DNA from: Octopus vulgaris
Lineage: Eukaryota
NCBI GenBank assembly: GCA_951406725.2
Contig: OX597820.1
Location: 81,964,001-82,028,000, forward strand
DNA: 64,000 nt
Direction of reading: 5' to 3'
Under the pieces are notes generated by a model, which had not been told where the DNA came from, made no database searches, and was given only the letters and a program-made list of their open reading frames with translations. Positions 53,186 to 64,000 of this stretch are shown here, piece by piece (position 1 is the first letter of the stretch; every line of letters starts with the position of its first letter). A program made the translations under genes and the position numbers.

Positions 53186-54585
53186 TAAACAGAGACTGAC
53201 AGGGAGTTAGAAAGCAGACCGACAGACAAACATACAGGTAGACAGGAAACGAGTGAATGATGTTTGTAAACAAAAGCACAAGACAAACTAAGAAACAGAT
53301 ACATCAATAATAAAAGAACCCAACACCACAACTAATACCACATACCACAAAAATAATTTCTGCCATGCAACAAAAATGTCACAACACAATAATACAGCAA
53401 ACATACCATCATACAACATACAAAACAATAACAATTGCAAAACAATAACAATCGCAAAAACAATAACAAGCAACAAGTACACCGTCATAGAGCCTTTCAG
53501 AGGTTCGACACATTCACCAAATACTGTTACACAACTACCTCACAACTACCCAACAATTAACTCACGAGATACCATCAAGGAAATACCAGCGAACAACGAT
53601 CCGGAACACACGCACTACACAACAGGTTATATAACGTAACAATCAACAGGTTACCTACAAAGCTATCACATAATGTCATATAACAAACTAACCAACAACA
53701 CGACATCATAAACACCACACAACTCACGTGCAATGTATAGAGGCATAGCCCAACACTCCAACATATTTTACAACTACCACACAACGTAATACAGTATACA
53801 AACCATGCAACACAAATTCCACCGCTTTCCTACAAATGCACAACACACACATGCTCTAACATACACGCACACACACAAAATTACTAACGATTACACTGAA
53901 CTAGCATCACACACAGAAGTACTATGAGTAAACACACAACACGGCACCGCCAGAAGTACTCTAAAAAGTACAGAGCACAGCTCACCTATACAGGCATACA
54001 GACGTACACAAGACAAGTACACAACACTTCAAAAGCAAGCATAAACATGTAAAAAAACATGTACAATAACAATCATATACTACGACATATACATACTCGT
54101 AGAATAATAGATACACACACGTATATCTTTACAACTAAACTCAAACTAACAAGCAGATACTACGTAAACACTAACACATGCTACAAACTGTGACAAAACA
54201 TGCATACACTTAAAAAATAGACGCATACCCATACACACACATACACACACACACACACACAGATATACATACAAACTACAGAGTAAGCTGAGTAAAAAAG
54301 AAAAAACAGCGAATTGTCACCTACCGTCAAAGTTATAAAGTCGTGTGGTGCGTGTTAACGGTGGCGGACGACTTGCCGTCACTGACTGAGGCGCATTTCT
54401 CGTCAACAGAAGCAGAAATATCAAAGCAGAAGCAAGTTCACAGAACTTAACCAATGAATTTATCATCTTCCCAACCACAAAAAAAATGGACGGCTCCAGA
54501 ATGAAAAAAGAAAACAAAAAAAAAAAAAAAGAAAGAAAATGAGAAAGGTTGGGGTGTGTGTGGGTATGAACGTATATATGTGTGT

Positions 54586-54626
<41 letters not shown>

Positions 54627-54678
54627 TACATATATAGAGAGATACTATATATATACACATATAAATATATGTATGCAT

Positions 54679-54732
<54 letters not shown>

Positions 54733-55125
54733 AGAGTTTATATATATTTATAGATGCAAGAATGTATGTATGTTTGTATGTATATATTTGTGTCATATTT
54801 CTATATTTATGTATTTATGAATCTGAGTGCATGTGTGTGTATATGTGTATACTGCCTCTGTTATTACTAAATGAATGTAAATATGTATCATATGAGTGTC
54901 GTGTTTGGAGGTTCCAATTTATACACCAAAAAGAAAACAATCATGAGGTGTATATATATATATATATATATATACACGTACATGTATATATATATATATA
55001 TACATACATATGTATATACATATATACATATATATACATATATATATACATACATATATACATAAATACATACATACACATATATAAATAACTATACATA
55101 CATACTACATGCGTGTGTGTGTGTG

Positions 55126-55207
<82 letters not shown>

Positions 55208-55325
55208 CAGTTCTACGATTATTTTTTTTTGAATGTATGGATGTATAAATAAATATGCAAAACAAAATAATCATAAATATTCATGGATATACACACATTC
55301 ACGTAAAACAACACACTCATACACA

Positions 55326-55356
<31 letters not shown>

Positions 55357-55754
55357 TACACACATATGTATATATATATTCTTGCTTCCCTTTTCTTTTT
55401 CTCCTTTGTTTATTTGTTCCTTTTTCTATATCTGTATTTCTTACTCATGTGTATGTATATACTCGCATGTATGTATTTGTGCATTTATATGCACGTGAAT
55501 GTGTTTATGTGAATTTGCGTTGTATTTGTGTGTGTCCGTGTGTACACATATATATATATACACACACACACACACACTCACTCATAAGCGCACACACACA
55601 CACACACCCACAGACATGCACATCTGTATATGTGTGTTCGTGATTACAGATTAACCGTAATATCTGTCTTAGTTTCAACCACCTCTACCTTCCTCTCCTC
55701 TCTATATTTTCTCCTCCCACTTTTCCACATGTCTATCTTTGCTTCCCTTAGTTT

Positions 55755-55788
55755 ATCCATCCATCTATCTATCTATCCATCCATCTAC

Positions 55789-55876
<88 letters not shown>

Positions 55877-55915
55877 TAATCTATCTATCTATCTAGCTAG
55901 CTAGATAGGTATCTG

Positions 55916-55984
<69 letters not shown>

Positions 55985-56026
55985 TAATCTATCTATCTAG
56001 CTAGCTAGCTAGATAGGTATTATCTG

Positions 56027-56076
<50 letters not shown>

Positions 56077-56120
56077 GATCGATCGATCGATTATCTATCT
56101 ATCTGTCTATCTATCAAGCC
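55755..56120. repeat. (TATC)n microsatellite array
   Basis: Read directly; includes a duplicated ttaatc..tagctagctagataggta interruption. Confidence 0.95.
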
Positions 56121-56352
56121 ATCTATCTAGCCATCCATCCACCTCTCTCTTTTGCCCTCTGTCTTTAGATATATACACACAAGCATACATACATACATAC
56201 ATACACTCTCATGCTTACATACATATACATACATGCATACAGGCATATATGTATACAAACATACATATTTCCGTATATTCATTTCAAACGTTTATTGGAT
56301 ATCCCTTTCTGCCCCTATCTCACTCTCCCTCGCTCTCTCTCCCTCACGCACT

Positions 56353-56402
<50 letters not shown>

Positions 56403-56489
56403 TTCTCTCTCTCTCTATATATATACATAGGCACACACGTACACCGATCCATTTATACATATATGCAAGTAGTACGTATATATATATCT

Positions 56490-56640
<151 letters not shown>

Positions 56641-58323
56641 ATTCATTTATTCTTTAGTGTTTAGGCTTTTTCCTTTCTTTTATGCTTGGTATTGTGACAT
56701 TGATATACCTCCATTCCGTCTTCTTCCTTTCGTACCAAAATCGTCCCAACATTACACTGTGTTCTTTGTTTCTATTACCTTTTACATCTCTCACAAATAT
56801 ATTCCGGCACACATCCATTCATATTTCGCGGATTTATTCTTCTTCTATTCTACCATTTTTCCCTCATTCATTCTTATAAAAACTAAACACATATTCCATT
56901 GATCTCTTCGTAAATTCATTTATTATTCGTTCATTATTCGCATCTTTCAAATCTTTTTGTTATCTTTCTGCAAGATTCGGTCATTCATATTTTGACATTC
57001 ATTTAGTGTCATTTTAAGTGACATTCATACAGTGTCATTATTCCAATGTGAAAATACCTATTTCATTCATTCAGTCATTCAATTATACTTATTAACTAAT
57101 GAATTTAGTCATTCATTCAAATTCATTCGTGCAATTATCCTAGTGCCTTTCCTTCTTTTGTTTTTCCATTCATTCATTCATTTCTACAGATATTTACCTT
57201 GATTGGTATATTCAATCTTAACTATACTTATTCTCTCATTTGTTTATTTACATGTTCTCTTTTCCCTTCCAGTTTTCATTCTTTTATACATTATTTATTT
57301 CCTTTCCAATCCTATTCATTTATCCAATGGGCGCATTCAGTCTTATTCCTAATATCTATCGTTCACTTATTCATCCAATTAAAGATTAACGAACGATATT
57401 GATACAGAATTAAGGAATACTGATATGCACGAGTTAATTCTTCTTTCCTATTATTCCCGTTGCCCCATCACCACCCTTATATATTCTTCTAGTATTTCAT
57501 TTACACATTCTTTCATTCTTTACTATTTTTATTCATTCATTCATGTATCCATTCATTCATACCTTTTTTCTTCTTTCGTTCATTCACTCATTCATTTTCT
57601 CCTTTCTCTTTCTCTTTTATCTCCCCCACCCGTTCTTTCTCCACCTACACCTCCGTCATCCATTGTTGTATGTTCGCCAACAATTCGATGTATGTTCGCC
57701 ACCAACCCACCGACCAGCCACCCAACCAACCTACCACCGACTCACTCACCAACCAGCCTGCAAGCCAGCTACATCACCACCTAACACCCAACAAATCAAC
57801 TTCCACCTTAAAATACTTCACAGACTGTCATCATTTAAAGTGGAGACATGATGTCGGTGCTGGCGCTGATGATGAGGCACCTAACTGGATGTTTTTACAA
57901 CCTTATCTCAAATTATCAATGTGAGTTCAATTCCTACCACCGACAGCTACTGATTTTATTTCTACAAATAAGGTAGCCTCTACATGGTCACTGAACCTGT
58001 TAGAAATAGCAACTAATCCTCCGAGTTACACCTTACAGTCATAAAGAGTGAGTAAAGGGACACAGTGTATAATGTAGTCCTACGTACCATTTGACAAATG
58101 GTCAGAGTTGGACTGTTTCTTATCACTGGTTGATTCGGTCAGTGAATACCTAATTAACTACCGTCTTCATTATTTTAACGTATTATATACATATATGCTT
58201 ATCTGTTATGCGTATATGCAAGTATACTAGAATTTGCAGATGCATATATCTGTCGATCGATCAATCGATAGATCAAGATAGCTACTACTCTCTCTTTCTC
58301 TCTCTTTCTCTCTCTCTCTCAAT

Positions 58324-58383
<60 letters not shown>

Positions 58384-58403
58384 CATACATATATATATAT
58401 ATA

Positions 58404-58613
58404 ACGGGAAGCTTTATGAAAATAAACAAAAGACGAAGGCAGGTGGAATATAAACAAACAATTGTATTAGTATGGCGCTCAGGAATATAAATAAAACAAG
58501 TCTCTTACGTTTCGAGCCTACGCTCTTCAACAGAAATATACACAGAAAAGAAACACAGAAAGAAACAAGGAGAGAAAAAAAATGCGTGCAGAAGCTAGCG
58601 AATCAACATGGCG
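58404..58613 (-). mobile_element. Short non-coding repeat with minimal hammerhead-like motif
   Basis: Related to 13175-13390; motif at 58501-58537. Confidence 0.6.
58501..58537 (-). ncRNA. Minimal hammerhead-like motif, variant core
   Basis: ttt-CTGTTGA-a-gagc gtag gctc-GAAA-cg-TA-aga; palindromic ACGT stem III. Confidence 0.6.
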
Positions 58614-58625
58614 ATATATATATAT

Positions 58626-59438
58626 ATAATAGTGTATAAAAGTTTATACACGGACAGGAGACCGCCATGTGGATTCCTTACATGCTAGAGAGGGCATGTA
58701 CAAGCAACTTGCAATGTAAGAATATCTCTTTCGTCGTTTGGGTTTTCACTGCCCTCTCTAACGAGTAAGGAATCCACATGGTAGTCTTCTTTCCGTGTAT
58801 AAACTCTTATACACTATTGTATCATAAAATTATTAATGCTTTCTGACTTTTATTACGCATGCTAACCGCTGGTATGAATTATTAATTTAATAATTTTTAC
58901 CCTGTATTTATATAGTTAAATATTTAAATTCTTCGGTTGGATAATATATGGAGAATTTATTCTCTGTCGTACTACTCTGACTCTGCATGTTGATTGGGGG
59001 TATTCGATTAGGATTCCTGACGTATAAAGATGAAACTAAGTACACACGTGTTTACTTTGTGTTTTTGGCACGTATTATTTTTTCATAATTATGCATTTAG
59101 CAGCGACCTTACTGACGAGCCACAGATGGTTAACCAATCAACTGATTGACTAATTGATTGATATATTTGATCATTAATGATGAAACTCATGGGTATAGGG
59201 TTAACTGAGATTTTTATTCATTCATGTGTCCAGCAAGTAACGTGCAATGCAAGAATATCTCTTTCGTAGTTTGCACTTTGACTGTCTTCTCTAGCATGTA
59301 AGGAATCCACATGGTGCTCTCCTCTCTGTATATACTATATTATAAAAATATTTATGTCTTCTGACATTTATTACGCATGCTAACTACTGATATTAATTAT
59401 TAATTTAATAATTTTAACCTGTATATATGTAATTGAAT
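58626..59438 (+). mobile_element. Non-coding HHR-bearing element: 5' inverted arm plus about 1.4 tandem copies of a 533-bp unit
   Basis: Inverted repeat 58626-58696 / 58750-58820; direct repeat 58701-58922 / 59234-59438; HHR at 59107-59200. Confidence 0.8.
59107..59200 (+). ncRNA. Type I hammerhead ribozyme-like motif with long stem II
   Basis: cctta-CTGACGA-long hairpin (atggttaa/ttgatcat, caatcaa/ttgattg)-GAAA-ctcatggg-TA-taggg; GUA site ending 59195. Confidence 0.75.
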
Positions 59439-59890
59439 AAGATAAAGTCAACAAGGAGTACGGTTAGACAGTTATTTAATAATCACTACACATGTTCCAA
59501 TACAACATAGATCTTCATATATACAGGATTTAAATTATGCAACTAATGGGGACAGCAATTGTATATCACCTGAAGAAATACAACTAGATCCCATTATACA
59601 GGTAAACCGTTCCGTAATGTAAATCCTGTATATATAAAGATATATGTTGTATCGAAACATGTGTAGTGATTATCAAATAACTGTCTAAGGATAAATGTGA
59701 TTATCAAATAACTGTCTAGCCATACTCTTTCTTGTTGACTCTACCTTATTCAGTTTTAATTTTACACACAAAGAATACCTAAACGTAGACTTGGAATAAT
59801 ATCATAATACTACCGGCTATTTGGTAATACTAAGGATAAATGTGCTCTATTTTGTCCTCTGCTACGTTCCTGGCGGAATACACCTTAAAT
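59431..59890 (+). mobile_element. Second non-coding HHR-bearing element with 5' inverted arm
   Basis: Inverted repeat 59431-59532 / 59620-59755; HHR at 59565-59670. Confidence 0.75.
59565..59670 (+). ncRNA. Type I hammerhead ribozyme-like motif with long stem II
   Basis: atcac-CTGAAGA-aatacaac..tatacagg/cctgtata..gttgtatc-GAAA-catgtg-TA-gtgat. Perfect 5-bp stem I; GUA site ending 59665. Confidence 0.8.
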
Positions 59891-59916
59891 AAATAAATGT
59901 ATATATATTTATATAT

Positions 59917-60088
59917 TTCTTTACTACCCACAAGAGGCTAAACATAGAGGAGACAAACAAGAACAGACAAAGGGATTAAGTCGATAACATCGACCCCGGT
60001 GCGAAACTGGTAGTCTATTTATCGACCCCGAAAAGATGAAAGGCAAACTCGACCTCGGCGGAATTTGAACTCAGAACGTAACGACAGA
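59917..60088 (-). mobile_element. SINE family B, 5'-truncated
   Basis: Reverse complement of about 27027-27203. Confidence 0.85.
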
Positions 60089-60127
60089 ATTCAAATTCCG
60101 CCGTGGTCGACTTTGCCTTATATATAT

Positions 60128-60442
60128 GCCACACCGTCGGTTACAACGAGCAGGATTTCAGTTGATCCAAACAACGGAACAGTCTGCTTCTGAAATTAAC
60201 GTGCAAATGGCTGCGCACTTCACAGACACGTGTACCCTAAACGTAGTTCTCAGGAGGAATCAGCGTGACACAGAATGTGACAAGGCTGGTCCTTAGAAAT
60301 ACAGGTACAACTCATTTTACCAGCTGAGTAGAATGTAGCAATGTCAAATGAATTGTCTTGCTTAAGGACACAACGCTAGGAATTGAATTCACGACTTTAC
60401 GATCGTGAACCGAATACCCTAACCACAAAGCCACACGCTTTC
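60128..60442 (-). mobile_element. tRNA-derived SINE with CORE-like body (tail type 2)
   Basis: Head and body like 50352-50672; tail like 9280-9465. Confidence 0.75.
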
Positions 60443-60466
60443 ATACACGCACACACACACACGCAC

Positions 60467-60554
<88 letters not shown>

Positions 60555-60559
60555 GCACA

Positions 60560-60697
60560 TACGACAGGCGCCTTTCAGTTACCGTCTATCAAACCCACTC
60601 ACAAGGCTTTTGATCGGCCCGTAGTATAGAGTAAAAGGAACTTGCTCAGTGGGACTGAGGACTGAAGCCAGAACCATGTGGTTAGAAAACAAGCTTC
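60560..60697 (-). mobile_element. SINE family A fragment
   Basis: Matches the family A head region. Confidence 0.7.
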
Positions 60698-60748
60698 TTT
60701 ATACACACACACATATACACCACTCCGTCGGTTATGAAGAGGTTTCCA

Positions 60749-61120
60749 GGCGCAGGAGTGGCTGCTGTTTGGTAAGTAGCTTGCTTACCAACAACATGGC
60801 TCCGGGTTGAGTCCCACTGCGTGGCACCTTGGGCAAGTGTCTTCTACTATAGCCTCGGACCGACCAAATCCTTGTGAGTGGATTTGGTAGACGGAAACTG
60901 AATGAAGTTCGTCGTATATATATATATGAACCCCCACCATCGGTTAACAACCCATGTTAGCGTGTTTGCTTCTCCATAACTTAGTGGTTTGACAAAAAAC
61001 ACCGATAAAATAAGTACTAGACTTACAAAGAATAAGTCCTGGGATCGATTTTGTCGACTAAAAGCGGTGCTCCAGCATGGCCACAGTCAAATGACTGAAA
61101 CAAGTAAAAGGATAAAAGAA
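60749..61120 (+). mobile_element. SINE family A, full length
   Basis: Head ggcgcaggagtggctg; tail actgaaacaagtaaaag. Confidence 0.9.
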
Positions 61121-61379
61121 TATATACAGGGATGGCCAAAAGTCACCCGACAGTAAATCAAAATCCCTTACATACTATCTGTAATTGACTCGAATGGAAA
61201 ATGTTTCGTTCAAGAAGGACTTCAGTTTGAACAATTTTCATGATGCTTGATATGCAGATGCTTTTACTAAATTCATTCATTTGTAGACAGGGGCCCTGCC
61301 TACAAAATCTATGTAAGTCAAGCTTACAGTTCACAAATTTGTGATCCGTATAGCTTACAATGTGAAATAGTGGACAACT

Positions 61380-62002
61380 AACATTAATTCTATCTGCTCA
61401 GCTAATGAAAACTCTAAGACCCAATGCCGTTGGTCCACATTGGAGCATTCGGGTGATCCATTCTAAACTTGTCAGCCAGCTGGAAGCGACTGATTAGGTT
61501 AACGAGGCATGGGTTCCCTTTTCTATCCGTAATCGAACCAACACAATCCACACGTGCATCGAGGATTTTGTTAAAATCACCTAGTAACACTAACGTGCGC
61601 GACTATCAAGGAAGAGCTCTAGACGTCTGAAGCAGTCTGACTGACCCGTGTCATTTAGCGCATAGACAGCGACCAGTCTGAAAGCATTACCGTTACTATG
61701 CATTAAATCAAATAACGACCAGCATGCCCTGTGGGTCTACAAAGATTGTTCTGATCTCTAAGTTCATGTTTTTTTCTGAATAAGACCGCAGTTCCCCCCA
61801 CACCACCTTTGGACTGGCATGGAGATGCGTAAATTTCGTAACCTTCGAAGAGAGGACGGAAAGCCTGTGGTCTGGTCACTCTGGTTTCGCTGGTGACTAT
61901 CACATCTAAATTCCATGACCTGAGATCATTTAGTAAGTAGCCTTGCTTCCAATTCGATCCCAGACCACGCACATTCACACTGCCATGCTTGAGCGAAAGC
62001 GT

Positions 62003-62069
<67 letters not shown>

Positions 62070-63265
62070 AGTCTACTTACTTGGCGTTTTTTATGGTTGG
62101 GTGAAGGTCTATCCTCTCCTCCCTGTGTGACTTGTGGGATGTCCTTAATTAAGTTAAGGTTTCTAGCATTCAGTGAATGCTAATTGAAGAGTTCCAATGT
62201 CACCAGGGGCGCTTTCTTTTAATTCAATATATGTATGGTTATAAATGTCAATGAATCGTACGCTGGTGTGAAAAGGGAGCGTTGAATGGGGTGATGCGGT
62301 GAATTTTACTTGCGCGTTCAACTACTTGTCTGTTATTGGCGTTGATGGATGTGTGTTGATGACAATGTCTTGTGATTGTGATGCTTGTATATGTGTGAGG
62401 TGTGTGCGTGCTGGGGGATATGTATCTGTGGGGCGGAGGGGAGTTAGGGAAGTGCTTTTACATTTTCTTTTTTTTTTTTGGCGACTTCCTTCCATTCTGA
62501 ATCGTTTGCATCTTTAGTGGGGTCATCTTGGGTGTGTTGTAGATCCATTGCTTTGCTGTTACTGGTGAGAGTCTGGTCGTGAGTGATTTTTGCCCCCTTG
62601 GTTGCTTCTTTCACTTTTGCAGCTGGGGCTGGGCCTGTTGGGGATTTTTCGGTGACAGTTCTGTTGGCCTTGAGAATTAGCTGCAGGTGATCGTTTGGTG
62701 GTGGAGGGGAACCATTGTTGCGGATTCTAGTAGGTAGGAGATCCTAATGTGACCCTTCTCTCCACATTTGTAGTATCTGGCTCTATGTCCCTCCACCATG
62801 ATGCGTAACGCTGTTCCATCGGGCAGTTTTACGAGGTCCGGGATTTCTTCTAGGTCCTGTTGAGCTGCTTGGATCAGACTTTCCAGGCCTTGGTTGCTAC
62901 CAGTTTTGTTGGTGTAGCTTGGTGATTTTCAGTATTGTAATACTGCTTTCCAGATCCAGTAGGACAGCCGCCACGAGCCACACCACATCAATCTCTGGTG
63001 GGAACTCCCCTATTTTTATGTTTGATGTTCTTCTTCACAGGTACGTCGATAGCAGTACTAAATTAATTGATTTTAAAGTCACTGTGGAGTGTTCTTTTGC
63101 TTCACATATGTGGTTTTGCCCCATATGAGTTGTAGACATTTGTCAATGCTTTCTTTTGGAATGTGTTCGATTTTCATGGTTTTAAGTGACAGAGTTTTAA
63201 AGATTGTTTTCCTCGTGGCTTGTTGCATTATATCACACAAAGTTTTAATATTCTTGCTCACTTCC
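61380..63265 (-). mobile_element. L1/Tx1-like LINE 5' portion (ORF1 remnant plus APE endonuclease)
   Basis: APE motifs NVRGL, DVIVTSET, GGTAVLF and VLLGDFN; upstream ORF1-like region with a degenerate knuckle RYYKCGE..GHIR near 62745-62785. Confidence 0.8.
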
Positions 63266-63336
63266 GCTGCTTACAGCAGTGCTTGGAATGAAGGTCTGTA
63301 GTGTGTGATCGTTGCATTGACCATGATAGAGAAAGG

Positions 63337-63467
63337 TGTCATGGCGATACCTGCTCAGATGCCTACGCAAAGTTGCAGAAAGTGTTTGGAGAGGAGTCTA
63401 TGAGCCGCACACAAGTGTACGAGGGGTTCAGAAGTTTCCAAGATGGCCGAAAAAAATGTCGATAGCT
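63337..63467 (+). mobile_element. Mariner transposase N-terminal fragment
   Basis: GDTCSDAYAKLQKVFGEESMSRTQVYEGFRSFQDGRKNVD. Confidence 0.75.
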
Positions 63468-63525
63468 TCCAGCCTATTTATTTGTTGCATTCACCGCACG
63501 TATTTATCAATAGTGAGAAATTTGC

Positions 63526-64000
63526 AGTAAACAACTCCCTTTTCTAGACATCTTAATTAAAATAGTTAACAACCACAAAGAAACAGACATCTTTTATAAA
63601 CCCACAGATTCTAAACAATTCCTATTATTTAACTCTTGCCACCCCAAACACATAAAAATTAATATGCCTTTTAATCTAGCGAAAAGAATCTGTACCATAG
63701 TTTCGGATACATATACCCATGATCAAAGACTCCTTGAACTTAGATCAACACTAACTAAAAGACATTACCCAATCTCATTAATAAATGATGGCATTAAAAG
63801 AGCTAAGGAAATAGATATACAAATATTAAGGCAAGCCAGCCGAAATACTAAACCAGACTTTAAAATACTCCCGTACATTTCCACACACAACCCTAGAAAC
63901 AACGAAGCCCCCAAAATTATCACCGAAAATCTTCTCGTTCTCACAGAAGACAAAACAATGAACGAAATTTTAAGCTCATACAAAATTATAAAAAGCAAAA
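63526..64000 (+). mobile_element. Penelope-like RT C-terminal/thumb region, frame open to the window end
   Basis: SKQLPFLDILI..TDIFYKPTDSKQFLLFNSCHPKH..PFNLAKRICTIVS..RHYP; 158 codons without a stop. Confidence 0.88.

Noticed and set aside
53290-54260. Long A/C-rich strand-biased region with Thr/Asn-rich ORFs
   Set aside because: Low-complexity sequence with no discernible period or domain.
61127-61330. Tc1-like terminus ta-cagggatggccaaaagt
   Set aside because: No matching second TIR or transposase found.

Overview
AT-rich, repeat-saturated eukaryotic DNA. The microsatellite load and SINE types suggest a cephalopod, probably Octopus (inference). No convincing host protein-coding gene was found; nearly all listed ORFs are microsatellite translations or decayed transposon fragments. 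The window holds Penelope-like elements (PLEs; RT and GIY-YIG fragments), several mariner/Tc1-type DNA transposons (one full-length with TIRs), a Chapaev3-like transposase, a non-autonomous Helitron, a hAT-type MITE, four RTE-clade and two L1/Tx1-like LINE fragments, a Gypsy remnant with 3' LTR and PPT, and many tRNA-derived SINEs. The most notable signal is about 11 type I hammerhead-ribozyme (HHR)-like motifs. Several lie in short non-coding units with PLE-style architecture (5' inverted segment, partial tandem or circularly permuted copies), so they look like retrozyme-like non-autonomous RNAs, and some carry non-canonical cores (CCGNCGA, CUGUUGA). All structures were folded by eye and identities are estimates; no searches were run.
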